NCBI GenBank assembly: GCA_001179505.1
Contig: CDMY01000542.1
Coordinates: 248,001-312,000 of the forward strand
Direction: 5' to 3'
DNA length: 64,000 nt
DNA from: Vitrella brassicaformis CCMP3155
Taxonomy: Eukaryota; Protista; Chromerida
The translations under genes and the position numbers were made by a program. The notes beneath the pieces are model-generated. The model saw only the letters and a list, made by a program, of their open reading frames with translations. It ran no database searches and was not told the origin of the DNA. Below, in pieces: positions 25,099-36,917 of this stretch; the first letter of the stretch is position 1, and each line of letters begins with the position of its first letter.

Positions 25099-25410
25099 GG
25101 ACGCCGTGGCCGGCACCTGAAGGGGACTCGGCGTTGAATTGAGCAAGGAGCGGTGTTAGTTACCTTGTGTTGGGGTGTGTGCTGCCAGAAGGTGTAGATC
25201 GATGTGTAGAGTGTTGTGTGTGGAGACTGACTGCATGGATGGATGGATGGGGCATTGGTCTTTTTGCGTGCGGTGTCATGTCGGTTGATGTGAGTGGGGG
25301 AGGCCCTGACGCTATATATGCCATTTGTAAGTCATCCATTGCAGCATAATACCAGCATTGGTCTCTCACGCACTGACTGCAATTGAAGCACGCAACTGTG
25401 TCAGTCAACC

Positions 25411-25440
25411 TTCCACGGATATAAAATGTAGGCAACGATG
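25411..25440 (-). repeat. Local dispersed repeat, copy A (core only)
   Basis: + strand cggatataaaatgtaggcaacgat matches the core cgaatataaaatgtaggcggcgat. Confidence 0.75.
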
Positions 25441-25508
25441 GGATGTCCAGCCATCCGTCCACCCTTTCATTCATATGCATCCATGCACTGCACATCCATG
25501 CACTGCAC

Positions 25509-25644
25509 GATCTGCTTCATCCGTCCAACAAAGGCGAAAATCCCGACGAATATAAAATGTAGGCGGCGATATGAGATCACCTGAGACGACACACAAAAGG
25601 GGGTGACATAAACCGACGTCTGACGCATCACTCCCTTGACGCTC
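25509..25644 (-). repeat. Local dispersed repeat, copy B
   Basis: gatctgcttcatccgtccaacaaaggcgaaaatcccgacgaatataaaatgtaggcggcgatatgagatcacctgaga..gacataaa..gtctgacgcatcactcc, near-identical to 26919-27055. Confidence 0.92.
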
Positions 25645-25849
25645 TGTACATGCAGTTGCCTGCAAACATGCACACACCACACAGCGACATGCAAAGTCAG
25701 TCAGCCACCCATCCGGCTATCTGTATGAGCGAGCGTGGCGTGTCATCTCCTCTGAATGGCTTGTCGTCGCCTGTCTGCTGGGGCTCTTAGGCTACCCCTT
25801 CTCTCCCGCCATGTACTGTGATGCGATGATGCGGTTTGTATGTGTGTGT

Positions 25850-26720
25850 TCATCTACGTGTGGCAGCCGTCGTCCTCCTCGACGTCCTCGTCGTGGTGCT
25901 CCTGATAGTGCGCCCCCATCGCATCGTGCACGCGCTCCGCCACCGCTTTCTCGTCGTCGGTTGCCGCGCGGAGCACGTGTCTGCACACACATCCATCCAC
26001 ACGTATAGCCACGGCACACATGTGATGCATGGGTGCTCCGTGTGTATGCGTGGCGTGTATGTGTGTGGTGTGCACGTCAGTCACCGGTCGAAGTAGTGAC
26101 GGTCGGCGCTGCCGCCAGGGAGGGCCAGCTTGGCATCTATCATGGTGGGCGCGCGGACCGTCTCGATGACCGGGTCCTCCTGTTCCACCGTGCCGATGAG
26201 GTCTCTGCCGCCGGCGATCCTCCTGTGCCGCCGTGTCCTTGGGCGGGGCGTCGTTGAAGGTCTTGCCGACGGACTTGCTCGACATGCCATGGCGGAACCA
26301 CCCCAGTGGCCCTCCAGCTGTGTAAACAGCCAGAAGGATGGAGATCTGTGTCTCTGTGTGGCGCTCTGTGTGTCGGCCCATGCGTACCTCTGTCCTTGGG
26401 CTAAGGGCGAGCCTTCAGTTTGGGCACCGTTATCTTGAAAGGCCTGAAAACAAATGCACCACACACATTCTCGCAGTCGTCCTCTTCCTACACACCACAC
26501 ACACACACGCGCCACACACAGAGAGAGGGGTACACACTGGGTGGAGGGTGTGTGTGTGCGCGTGTGCGTGTGTGTGCTTACGATGCATTCTTCAAATGAG
26601 CATCAGGCGTCGAGTGCCTTCCCCAGCGAGTTGCAGCTGTCCACCGGCACGTCGAGGATGTTGGAGTGCTCGATCACGGCCGACTCATGGCGCTGGTAGG
26701 CACCGCTAAACATCCTGCAG
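25850..26720 (-). pseudogene. Frameshifted/stop-containing multi-exon relic of an unknown protein
   Basis: Coding-like exons with GT-AG borders (..HESAVIEHSNILDVPVDSCNSLGKALDA*; WFRHGMSSKSVGKTFNDAPP[shift]IAGGRDLIGTVEQEDPVIETVRAPTMIDAKLALPGGSADRHYFDR|HVLRAATDDEKAVAERVHDAMG) that need a frameshift and stop read-through. Confidence 0.45.
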
Positions 26721-26894
26721 CCATCCACACGTACAGCCATCCACACGTGGATGCATCGGGTACAGTATACGGATGGATGTGTGTGATGTGGACGTCAGTT
26801 TGTCTCCTGATGAAGTGAGTATCAGCGGTCGCGACGCTCCTGATGTGGCGTCCATTTTCTCCCACAGGATGCTGCTGAGTGCGTTCTTTGCTGC

Positions 26895-27062
26895 AGCAGC
26901 GACAACTGCCAGAACAAGGCGATCTCTTCATCCGTCCAACAAAGGCGAAAATCCCGACGAATGTAAAATGTAGGCGGCGATATGAAATCACCAAATCACC
27001 TGAGATGAGACACAAGAGGGATGACATAAACATACGTCTGACGCATCACTCCCTCAATGCTC
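26895..27062 (-). repeat. Local dispersed repeat, copy C
   Basis: Shares cagcgacaactg.cagaacaaggcgatct with copy E and ~130 nt with copy B. Confidence 0.92.
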
Positions 27063-27189
27063 ACTCCATGTCTCTGTGTGATAGACCTTCCTTATTCTTT
27101 CAGCCGAAACCTTCTCGCCCATCGGCTGCTGCTGAATCATCTGAGCAGATCATCTATTCGGTGGACGTACACAAAGACATACATACAGA

Positions 27190-27900
27190 TAGACAGACAG
27201 AGGGGCTCCTGCCTTCTCATCGCTGACGAATTCTCGCTCGAAGATGAGGAGGGTAATTTCGAGTTGTAGGTCTTCGTGCCCCTCGGGACTTTGCAGCAGC
27301 CACCACCTCCCGAGTACTAAAGGGGCGGTGCGGACAGTCTCGATGGCGAGTGGCGCACCTGTCCCATCCATACGTACCGAGTGGGGCTTCGGTTTCCTCG
27401 CTCGGAGGCGTGGTGTGTAGTTGTCCATGTCGAGCCCGTCCTTGCCCTCGCTGCGCGTGTCGTCGTCATCGTCACCGTCTTGCTCGTCGTCGCCATCCAT
27501 GCTGCAGATGCCTCGCACACCCACGTCCTCCTCCACCTGACACACACACACCCACAGACACAGAGAGAGAGAGTGGGGGGGCGTTTGGCTTGTGTGTTCA
27601 TGTGTGAATGTGTGTGTGCGTGGTGTGTGTGTGGGGACTGACCTCCTCTCGGGCCTTGTGTCTGCCACGACGGGCCTTCTTGGGCACCTCACCCACCGCA
27701 TGCTGATTGTTGTTGTCGTCCGCATCGCCACACACACAAACACACACACACAAAGAGGGGAGAGAGAGAGGGAGAGGTCTGTTCATGTGTGTGTGATTGG
27801 GGGCGGGGGTGGGGTTCTGACCTCAAGGCCTCTGCGTCTGTTCCTCCGCACCTTCTTGCGCACCTCGCCCTCCTCACACGAGTGGATGTCACACACACAC
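27190..27900 (-). pseudogene. Acidic/basic low-complexity exons of an uncharacterised gene or relic
   Basis: Spliceable exons EGEVRKKVRRNRRRGLE|, DADDNNNQHAVGEVPKKARRGRHKAREE| and VEEDVGVRGICSMDGDDEQDGDDDDD, separated by CA/GT introns. No domain recognised. Confidence 0.35.
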
Positions 27901-28893
27901 AAAGAGGGGAGAGAGAGAGGGAGCCGTAAGCTTGAGGGAACTCACATCAATTGAAACAGACAACAGACATGGAGAGGACAGATGCGGCTCGGCTGCTCGC
28001 CTTCCTTACGGAAATGGCATGTGTATGTCCATTTTGCCTTTGCCTTCTGATGTTGGCCACACACTTTTACACACACGAACGGGAGAAAAGGGAAACGCGC
28101 GCGGTACCTCTCTCTCGATGGCCTGGACTTGAAGAACAGCAGCCCATTGTCGTTAAGATGCCGTCGTCAGCTACGTGAGCTTCTCCGATCGCCTGGCGGA
28201 TGATCGTGCTGAATGTGATCTCAATCTGGAAAAGAATGATAGCTAAGCAGATACGGGTTGGTGGGCGGATGGTGGGTGGGGGATTTTGGTGTGCGTGGCG
28301 AAGTACCTGGTCAGAGACTGGCAATGTCAAGGTGATCTGGGAACCTGACATAACAAAGCAAAACGAGAATGTGCGACATGCGGACGAGGACATTGCATAC
28401 GAGTACCTGCGGCGTCCTGGAAGATGCGGCGCCGCAGACGAAACTGTCCAAAGAATACAAAATGGAGGCGGCGATCTGAGAAACAGAGACACCGACACTC
28501 TGTTATTCTGCCTGTCTGTTGTGTGGTGAAGCAACCGCCCCAACAGAGGACACATCGCCTCGCCCTTATTGGCAGAAGCGCCAGTCCCGCTCCCAGAAGC
28601 GCCAAGCGGCCCGGCAATTTGTCTGCCAGCACCCAGACGTCTCATGCATGATGCTCTCACCCATTGGCACGTCCATTTTTGTTTACCTTGTCTGTCATGA
28701 ACTGGAGGTTGTTGCGCCATTCGGTAGTCTTGTTCCACTCGTCAATGGTCTTGTTCAACTTAACACAGGACTGCATGCATCGACGGAGACACACAAACAG
28801 CCAACACAGCCCGCACACTGTCGTTCGTTCGTGTGTGTGAGTTGTGTGTTGCTCCCGTCCGATGGGCTGCGGGTCCAATGATGAAAGTGCCCA

Positions 28894-28924
28894 ACGAATA
28901 TAAAATGTAGACGGCGATATGAGG
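28894..28924 (-). repeat. Local dispersed repeat, copy D (core only)
   Basis: cgaatataaaatgtagacggcgatatgag. Confidence 0.8.
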
Positions 28925-29430
28925 TCCTTGTCGTGCGTCGCCGCCTCAAGCTGCCCTCTAGTCTGAAGCGCCACCACACAACACACAGTGTACGTGTTGT
29001 CATGGGGGTAGCCATCGATCTATCTATCCATTCTCACCTCATCTGCGACTTTCTTGAAGGTCTCGACCTCCTTGGCGAGTCCACAAACCTTGGTGGCAGA
29101 CTGCACCGACCGAGACACACAAACACAGCCCACATCGTGTCGTGTGTGTGTGTGTGTTGTGTGTGACTGGTGTTGTCTGATTACTTGATCAACCTGACGC
29201 TTCAGCCCATCGCGTTCTTCTGTGACCGTCGAGAGGAGCGCCGTAGTCTGAAGCGCCAACACAGACGCACACACACAGAGACACACAACACATGGATGGA
29301 TGGATGCATGGGTGTAGTGTGTGCGTATGTATGTATCTGATGGCTCCTTGGTCACCTTGCGGAGTTGGGCGTGGAGGTCCTCCTTCTGGTGCCTGGCTGC
29401 CTCAAGCAGCCCTCTAGTCTGAAGTGCCAA
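28925..29430 (-). pseudogene. Tandemly duplicated coiled-coil exons (TRGLLEAARHQKEDLHAQL / TTALLSTVTEERDGLKRQV / TRGQLEAATHDKDL)
   Basis: Three similar acceptor-plus-exon starts (g(c)acttcag|acta..) at ~29420, ~29250 and ~28962. Confidence 0.45.
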
Positions 29431-30038
29431 AACACATCCATCCATCCATCCACCTACAACCTCGCCCTCTCCCCCATGTGTGTGCCTGGTGGGTGTGTGC
29501 ACTATGGTGTATACCTCCCGTGTGGTCCTGTTGGCGTCGTGGGGAGTCGGGGTCTCCTGTGTGGAAACACACGGCACACAAAGCGCCGTCAAGGAAGGAA
29601 GGCTTGCTTTGGTTTCCCCGCCCCTCCGCTCACCGCGTTGCCCTTCTGCTCCATGCTCGCTCCCCTGTCCATGCCACACACACACACACACACACACACA
29701 GACAACATGGGCATCATACCTCATGCCAAAGTGCTCTCCTCATCAATCCCCTTCCCCCCCCACTTACACATCCTGAAAAGCTGCCTGAATTCCTGATAGT
29801 TGGGCTTCATGGCCCGCATGCCCGCCCGATGGCGGTCCACCAACCACGGAAGCACGCCCATCGTCGCTATCGCCAGAGATTTTCTCGCGGCCCCGACCGC
29901 TCGATCGCGGCCCCAATCCTTCACACCGAGCGGTAACTTCAACTTGAGCAGGGAGGCGCTGGAGGGACGATGCCGTTTCGGCCTTTCTGTCCTTGACGGA
30001 AATGCTGCTTGACGGAAATGCTGACCGTCCTTCATCGC

Positions 30039-30200
30039 ATCAGCGACAACTGTCAGAACAAGGCGATCTGCTTCAGCCGTTCAGTAATGGGGAAGGTCCT
30101 GACGAATATAAAATGTAGGCGGCGATCTGAGAGGACCGAAGACGAGACACACAGGGGATGACATAAACAGATGTCTGACACATCACTCCTTTTGTCCTCG
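30039..30200 (-). repeat. Local dispersed repeat, copy E
   Basis: cagcgacaactgtcagaacaaggcgatctgcttca..gacgaatataaaatgtaggcggcgat..gatgacataaacagatgtctgacacatcactcc. Confidence 0.9.
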
Positions 30201-30949
30201 CTACGTGTCTCTGTGTGTGAAGGCCCCTCACCCTCAGCTCGTTGTCCTTAGGTCTGAGGAGCTTGATCTGCCGGTCCCGTTTTCCTGCGTGAGGGGCTCG
30301 TACGTCGGCTGTTGCTGCTGCTGTGTGCACACATCACACAGAACAACCAAGCTGCACTGCTGGGTGGTTGTGTATGGTTGTGTGCTTACGGATCTGTGCT
30401 GGTGTCGGACTTGTCCGCCTTGCCCGGCTCGTGGATCTTCACCGGAGGCACTCACCCAGGCATTCCCCTCCCCACCACGTGTGGGTGCGGCTGAATGATG
30501 AAATGGGGATAGGGGCCCCGCGAATGTGCCGCTGGCATTGTTGGGGTGCCGAGTTCCCTTCTGTGCGGCAGATGGGAACACACGCACAGATATACAGTGT
30601 GAGCCGTCTGCTGGTTTTCTTGTCTCTTGATGTGCTTGCTCACTGTGTGCGGCTGCGGCGTCGGCTGGACGGCCTCCCGCAGATACATCCGAGGCCGCAG
30701 CAGGAGTGGGGCGGGCTTGGCCGCCTTGTTCTCCTCCTAGCGCACAAACACACAAAGAGTGGCTCATGAGTGAGTGTTCGACAGAGATAAATCTTTTCTC
30801 GCCTCTTTCAGCAGTTTGACGCCATTGTAGAGTGCCATGATGATCTCGGGAGTTGGTAGGACCGCCGTAAATCGCGCTCCTCACCTCGCAGGACCGCCTT
30901 TGTGGCGCTGCCGTTGTTGTAGTAGTGCCGCACAACTTACCTCTGTCAC

Positions 30950-32640
30950 GTTCGACTGCCTGCCCTCAGTCATGTATTCTCTCAGCTTCTCCGCCTCGAC
31001 AGACAGCTGACAGGGGCCGGCAGGGAGACACAATCAGATAGCAGAGATACCGGTGATGCCATTTGCATACCGTATCAGAGGGACAGGCGTCGAGGCAGGC
31101 ACTGAGAATCTCACCTACATGCAGCGCCCCACACAGAAACATTCCGATTTTCTTTTGTCGCGTGAAAGTGATTCAATCAATTCATGCGTACCGGCATCGT
31201 TGATGTCAACCGACCGCCAGTCTCTCTCAACGCCAAGTGACTGTGCCCTGCCGACCCGGTCCATGTCGACGATCAGGGCCTTGGCGAATCCATCACCTCG
31301 CCTTGCGATGCACACATTGTCCACCTGCAGGAAACGTGTACCTTCATGTCATGGTGTGCCCATCCCCTGTCGTGAAGGTGCTTCAGGCCCTCGAGAAGGT
31401 CTCGAATGAGCGGGACCTTCAGAAAGCATCAGGGGCCGAGATCACTCATTTCATCAAGGATGTCTTCTGAAGGTCTCACTCACCACGACTTCCTCTGTCA
31501 CGTGTACTTGCCCATTCAGCTGCTGCACCTCCTCGGATGCCAGCAGTAGCCCCAGCTCGCAAAAACTCCGTCCTGCACCAACATCGATTCGCTCACATGC
31601 CGCCTGCATGCCATGTGGGGTGAGCCATGCTCTCACCTTGTGCATACTCCATGAAGAATGCCTTGAGACCGATGCCGACGTTGATACAGCCTGAGACGTC
31701 CCCGTGGGACGGGCCGATACTCACATTTTGCCGCCCGTTGAACGCGGTCTCCTTCATGGCTTCCAGCTTGACGATGTTGGGGTGGCGAACGCTTTGCTCG
31801 AGGAGGAGGTGCATCCCGTTCCTCGGGAAGCCGTACTCATCCTGACGAGACAGAACGACTCCCCACACATGATTGACGACGAGTGCGCTCCTTACGCTGT
31901 CGTCAAATCTGCACATGTGTCCACGATAGTTGATCCCACTTGCTTACGCACCGAATAAATGAGACTTCCATTCATCCTCCTCTCGCCCTGCGTACTTTTT
32001 GAGTAACGTCCGTGCCCGCACTTGTAGAGGTTGATAAATGAAGGCGTTCTGTATACCGTACTGTATGGCAGAAGGGCCCTGTCGTTGCGACACGTCGTAT
32101 AGATCTCTGGAAGAGGCTCGCCCGGGGATATCGGCGGCTTCATCGAAAGGGCGGCGATCGGCAAAGGATGTCCGTCCTATGCATGGGCGGCGGTCGGGCG
32201 GGTTGTTCGCACACGCGTGGCAGTGGGTCTTGCCAACCTTCTCGAAGCTGCTGCCAAGAACATATCAGGACAGATTGCTTTGTAGCGCTTTTCCACCAGG
32301 CTTCTGCCTACCGATGTGACGCCCACTTTCTCCCACAGGACCACTGGCCACAGGAGTGCTGCCACCGGTGGCAGCGTATCATCTAGGATATGACGCTCGT
32401 CATCGTGAGGTCACCGATTGGCCACGGAGGCATCCATGATCACATCTTGATGCCTTCCCCGCGGATCAACGAGGACAAACAGAGAGTAATCAGGGTACCG
32501 TCTCTTCCCCTTCCTCCGAGGGCGAATAGATTGTTTGGCCTTAGTATAAAGCTCGTAGCGGAAGTGTGCGTCAAATCCGCTCCGCCGAAGTTGATTCTCG
32601 ATGTCTTTGACGGATGGGATCTGCCGTCGAAGCTGATGGC
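30950..32640 (-). pseudogene. Divergent protein-kinase-like gene, probably degenerate, with an upstream PD-containing segment
   Basis: LLEQSVRHPNIVKL..FFMEYAQG..LIRDLLEGLKHLHDRGWAHHDMK|VDNV..LIVDMDRVG (catalytic loop HxDxKxxN; DMD at the DFG position). The upstream frame has an in-frame TGA at 32411-32413 and needs a frameshift near 32.2 kb. Confidence 0.65.
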
Positions 32641-33280
32641 CGCGTTGTCGTTATCGGTCGGTGTCGACGACCGACGTTGAGCTGGAAAAGGCGGAGAAGA
32701 TGATCCAACCCACGCCCCGCACCACACACACAGGCAAGCACCCCTTGTCCATCCATCCATCCACTCGGCTGCACAAGACAGTGGCACACGAAGAAGCACA
32801 AGACACCCCATCCTCACTCCCCAAAAGAGACGAGGTCAGTGCACAAACCAAAGAAACGTCACGTCTGCACACACATCCACGCAGAGGTGCATGCAAATCC
32901 GGTCTCTGTCTGAGCCAGCCATCAAAGGTGGGAATCTCTATCTACGAGTGTGTGGTCATCATCGGTGCGGGTCGTGAAGATGATGCTCTCGCGTTTTTTC
33001 TTTTCTTCTATCTTCGTTTTTGTGTCGTCCCGTCTCTCCTGTCTCTCGTCGAGAATTCTTTTCTCTCGCCTTAAATACAGATGTGTTCGATCGTTTCCAT
33101 CTGTGTACGGCCCATGCGGAGAGGATAGGGAGAGGAATGCGCCCAATGGCATCACAAGGACGTTGATATCTACGCCAGGCACCTGTGCGCGGGTCACTTG
33201 TACACAGTTCAACTAGCTAGCTGAGGAACAGACGGGACACTGCTGCGCACAGTGAGTGCTGCAAGATTTGTCGCGTTCAT

Positions 33281-36023
33281 TCACGGCATGCCCGAAAGAA
33301 TAACATCCTGTGGCAACCACACACCGCACACACTCACGAAATGATTGCGCGACCCGGGTGGCGGGCATGGCGTACCATGGCTCCCTGCATCTCGTACGCA
33401 AACGAATTCAACTTCCTCTCAAAACCCAAAAACTGAACGACACACACACACACACACATTTTTGACATGGGGCGGACGGCACATCCGTATGTGTCGCTTT
33501 GTATTGTATTGTGTGCATGCCTGCTTGATCTTCATGAGCAGCGCGTTGACCTTCTCGTCTGGCTGCCGGTAGATCCACTCATTCTCAGCTGCATCGACGA
33601 CACACACACACACAATATACCGGTGAAAAGGGCTCAGACCATCTGGCATCTAGTACCCAGCAGGACGTCCAGTGTGTGAGCGGCAGCGTCGAAGAGGATG
33701 GGCTCTTTGCCGATCTGCCGGTGGATGAAGTTGAGGATCGGCTCGATGGTCGTCGGGTCCTTGCCGCGAAGCGCTATCTCCAAAGCTGCCCACACGGACA
33801 CACACAGAGACAGGGAGCCAAGCATGAGAGCAGCATCGATTGCGTCTGTCTGTCGGTGTGTCGTCTGTGCGCGCGAGTGCTCCCTCACCTCCCCTTTGCC
33901 TGAGCTCTTCGATCAGGGCGGCGATCTGACACGCACTGCATGGATTGGCCCCCAGAAAGAAGAGATGGATTGATGGGTGGGTGGGTGGGCATTGTGTCTT
34001 TCCCTCCGCTGCTGCCTTACTTTTCTCCCTTGCAGACTCTGTCGAGGGCCTTTTGGTACTGGAAGCTCTTGAGCAGCTTGTCGAGTCCCGTGTCTTTCCT
34101 CTTGTTCCGCAGGTCCACCGTGATCTGACAGGCCCACACATGCACACACACACACACGCACAAGTGTGTCCATGAAGCCATCCATGGGTGTGGTGTGCGT
34201 CTTGGCTACCGACCGCTTCTGCGTCGGGGGCGAAGAATCGCGCGCTGCCGGCAACGACACGACGCCTGCACAAAGAAACAAAGATACACACACAGACAGT
34301 CAGTTGTCTCTCACTGCTGGGCAGCCCTGTCATCCATTCGTTTGTTCAGCCAAGTATACCTCTTCTGTGCCCTTTCGTATCCAATGGTTGTCGTCAGCTC
34401 ACTCTCTTCATCACGGCTGGCCTCCATCTCCTCCTGCTTGACGGCATTCAGCCGATCGGCATCCAGCCGCCGACGCACAAACCAATCGCCAGTCCTACGC
34501 AGACAGCCAGACAGAAACACAACACACAAAGGAGTGCATTGTGTGGATACGGGGGAGCGGCTCACGGCATGCCGGCAGCGATTGCGTCCCCTCTCGGTGA
34601 CACGGCGAGGCAGCTGAGAGCGTCGGGGGTGGCGAAGGTGTGCCGGACGGTGTAGGACTGACATCACGATCGCAACACGCGCGCATACAGAGAGGGTGAT
34701 GCGAGTTACCTCGGCCACCATATGTGGGTGTCAGGCTGCCTACGGACCTCCATGCTGTGTATCTTGACGGTCTGGTCAAGAGAGGCGGTGACCAACACCG
34801 GCTCCTCGCCATCACCCACGCGCAGCAGAGCGATCCCTTTTAACGCAGACACGACACAGTATAACAGAGGCAGCTGTATGGATGCCTCTCTCACTCCCTC
34901 CCTGCCTCCCTGCCTGTGTCTGTACCAGTGATGGCCTTGCTGTGCGCGTCGATCTGCCTGATCATTCTCCCGCCGGAACTCAGGTCCCACAGCTTGACGC
35001 AGGGGCCACCTGACGCACACACACACCACAAGCACCATGTCGTCGATGGGTGTCCATCCATCCATCATGACTGCAGACCTGCAGAGGCGACGACCCTGCC
35101 GGCGGGCATGAAGAGGACCGACTCGACGGGATGGCCGTGGACCAGCCGAAACAAACACTGCTCGGACAGACAGACAGACAGACGGACGGACGGGCAGCAA
35201 CAAATTGGTGTGCATATGGGCCAATGAATGGGTGGATGGACGAATGGATGGTACCTGTTTGGACGTGGCGGCATCGTCCTCTTCGTCTGCTGCTGATGCT
35301 GCTGCTGCATCGTTCGGTTCCTCTTGCCCCTCCCCCTGCTCCGCTGCTGGCTTGCTGCTGTGTCGTGTGTCCCACACCCGCACAGTGCCGTCATAGCTGC
35401 CGCTACCGACCAGAAAGGGATCTGACGCACACACACACACACACACATATACATATATATATATATAACACACATATACATATATATATATATATATATA
35501 TACACACGGTGCTGGATCGGTGTGGTGTGTGAGGGGCGTTCGTCCATGTACTTGTGTCGGCAATGTCGATGGCCCTGACGAAGTCTGTGTGTGCCTTGAG
35601 AGTGGTCAGGGGGGACGTGGCTGATATGTCCCACACGCGCAACGTCTGAACAAACAAACAAACCACTGTCTGTCTGCCTGTCTGCCTGTCTGTCTGTCTG
35701 TCTGTCTGTCTGTGTTTGTGTTTGTGTTGTCTGTTAACCACTCACCCCATCGTCTCCCCCCGACATGACGTGCAGGTTGTCGCGGCAGAAGCGGACCGAA
35801 CGAACAGACCTACTCACACACGCACGCACACACACACACACACAAAGAAACAGAGACCTGTTCATGCATCGTGTGTGTAACAGTGTCCGTCCCCACACAC
35901 ACCCCACCCGTGGTGGCCCTTCATTTTCCTCAGCGGCACTTTGGCGTTGGCGTCGATCACCTGCACCAAGCCGCTGTCGTCTGACGCCACAAACAGACGG
36001 CCATCTGACCCATTGACAGGTAC

Positions 36024-36062
<39 letters not shown>

Positions 36063-36598
36063 GGCAGACAGGCAGACAGAGAGGTAGAATGAATGGATGG
36101 GTGCAGTGCATTGCCCGCCGCGCACCGACCTCGTCTGAAGTCGATGGCCCGCACTACGTCCTTGAACCGTGTGTAGCTCTTGAGCAGGCTCTGAGATGGC
36201 ACACCATACACCTCCACCTGCACACACACCAAACACACATAGGGAGAGAGATAGTACAGATCAGCGGCGCCAGAGATGCTGTGGCTACTGACACATCGAT
36301 GCATCATTCACTGATCGACTGACTCACTCACTGACCTTTGTGGCGTGCGCCACGGCGATTGCGTGTGGCGTTGTCGGCGTGAAGGCCATATCGTTGACGG
36401 ACAATGCCTCCTTCCCCTCCCACAACACCTGCAGCCATCCGTCACACACACATCACATGCATGGAACAGCAGCATCAGTTTATCAGTATGGAAAAGGACC
36501 TCGCGCACCTTGTATTTCTTCCATTGCTGCTGGTCTGGTGCGGTGTTCTGCCGCCGTCGAGGCAGGGACACCACGGCAAGCGGTCGATACTCACCCAT
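33281..36598 (-). CDS. UTP15: U3 snoRNA-associated protein 15 (WD40 + UTP15 C-terminal domain)
   Basis: MGEYRPLAV..QWKKYK; YTRFKDVVRAIDFR|SDGRL; LRKMKGHH; AHTDFVRA; SGSYDGTVRVWD; HGHPVESVLF; LDKLLKSFQYQKALD; LIEELRQRG..LEIALRGKD...IEPILNFI. Confidence 0.9.
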
Positions 36599-36917
36599 TT
36601 GACGGACGATGACCAGACGACTGATGGATGGATAGATCTCTACCCCCCAATCGCTAAATGCATCAGTCACACAACACAGAACCTGCTCCTGCTGACAATC
36701 AGGCCGGGGGAAGAGGGCACTCCATGAAACCGCTGCCTGCGAGATAAGCTCGCAGCTCTCCAAGAGAAAATTGGGCCCTCCGAATCATCTATCGGCCGCC
36801 GCTGCATCGGTTCGTACGAAAAGCCCGTTGAGATCTTCGAGGGTTTCATTCATCTCGACCTATTCATTCATTCATTCATTCTCCCGACATGTATGTATGC
36901 AGATCTTCGCTGGCAAG

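Noticed and set aside
25411-30200. Repeat copies as a CRISPR-like array
   Set aside because: Spacing is irregular (100 bp to 2 kb), copies are diverged and of unequal length, there are no cas genes, and the context is eukaryotic.
31657-31690. Apparent 34-nt GTGAG..CAG intron in the kinase gene
   Set aside because: The ORF reads through in frame to FFMEY, and removing the segment would shift the frame.
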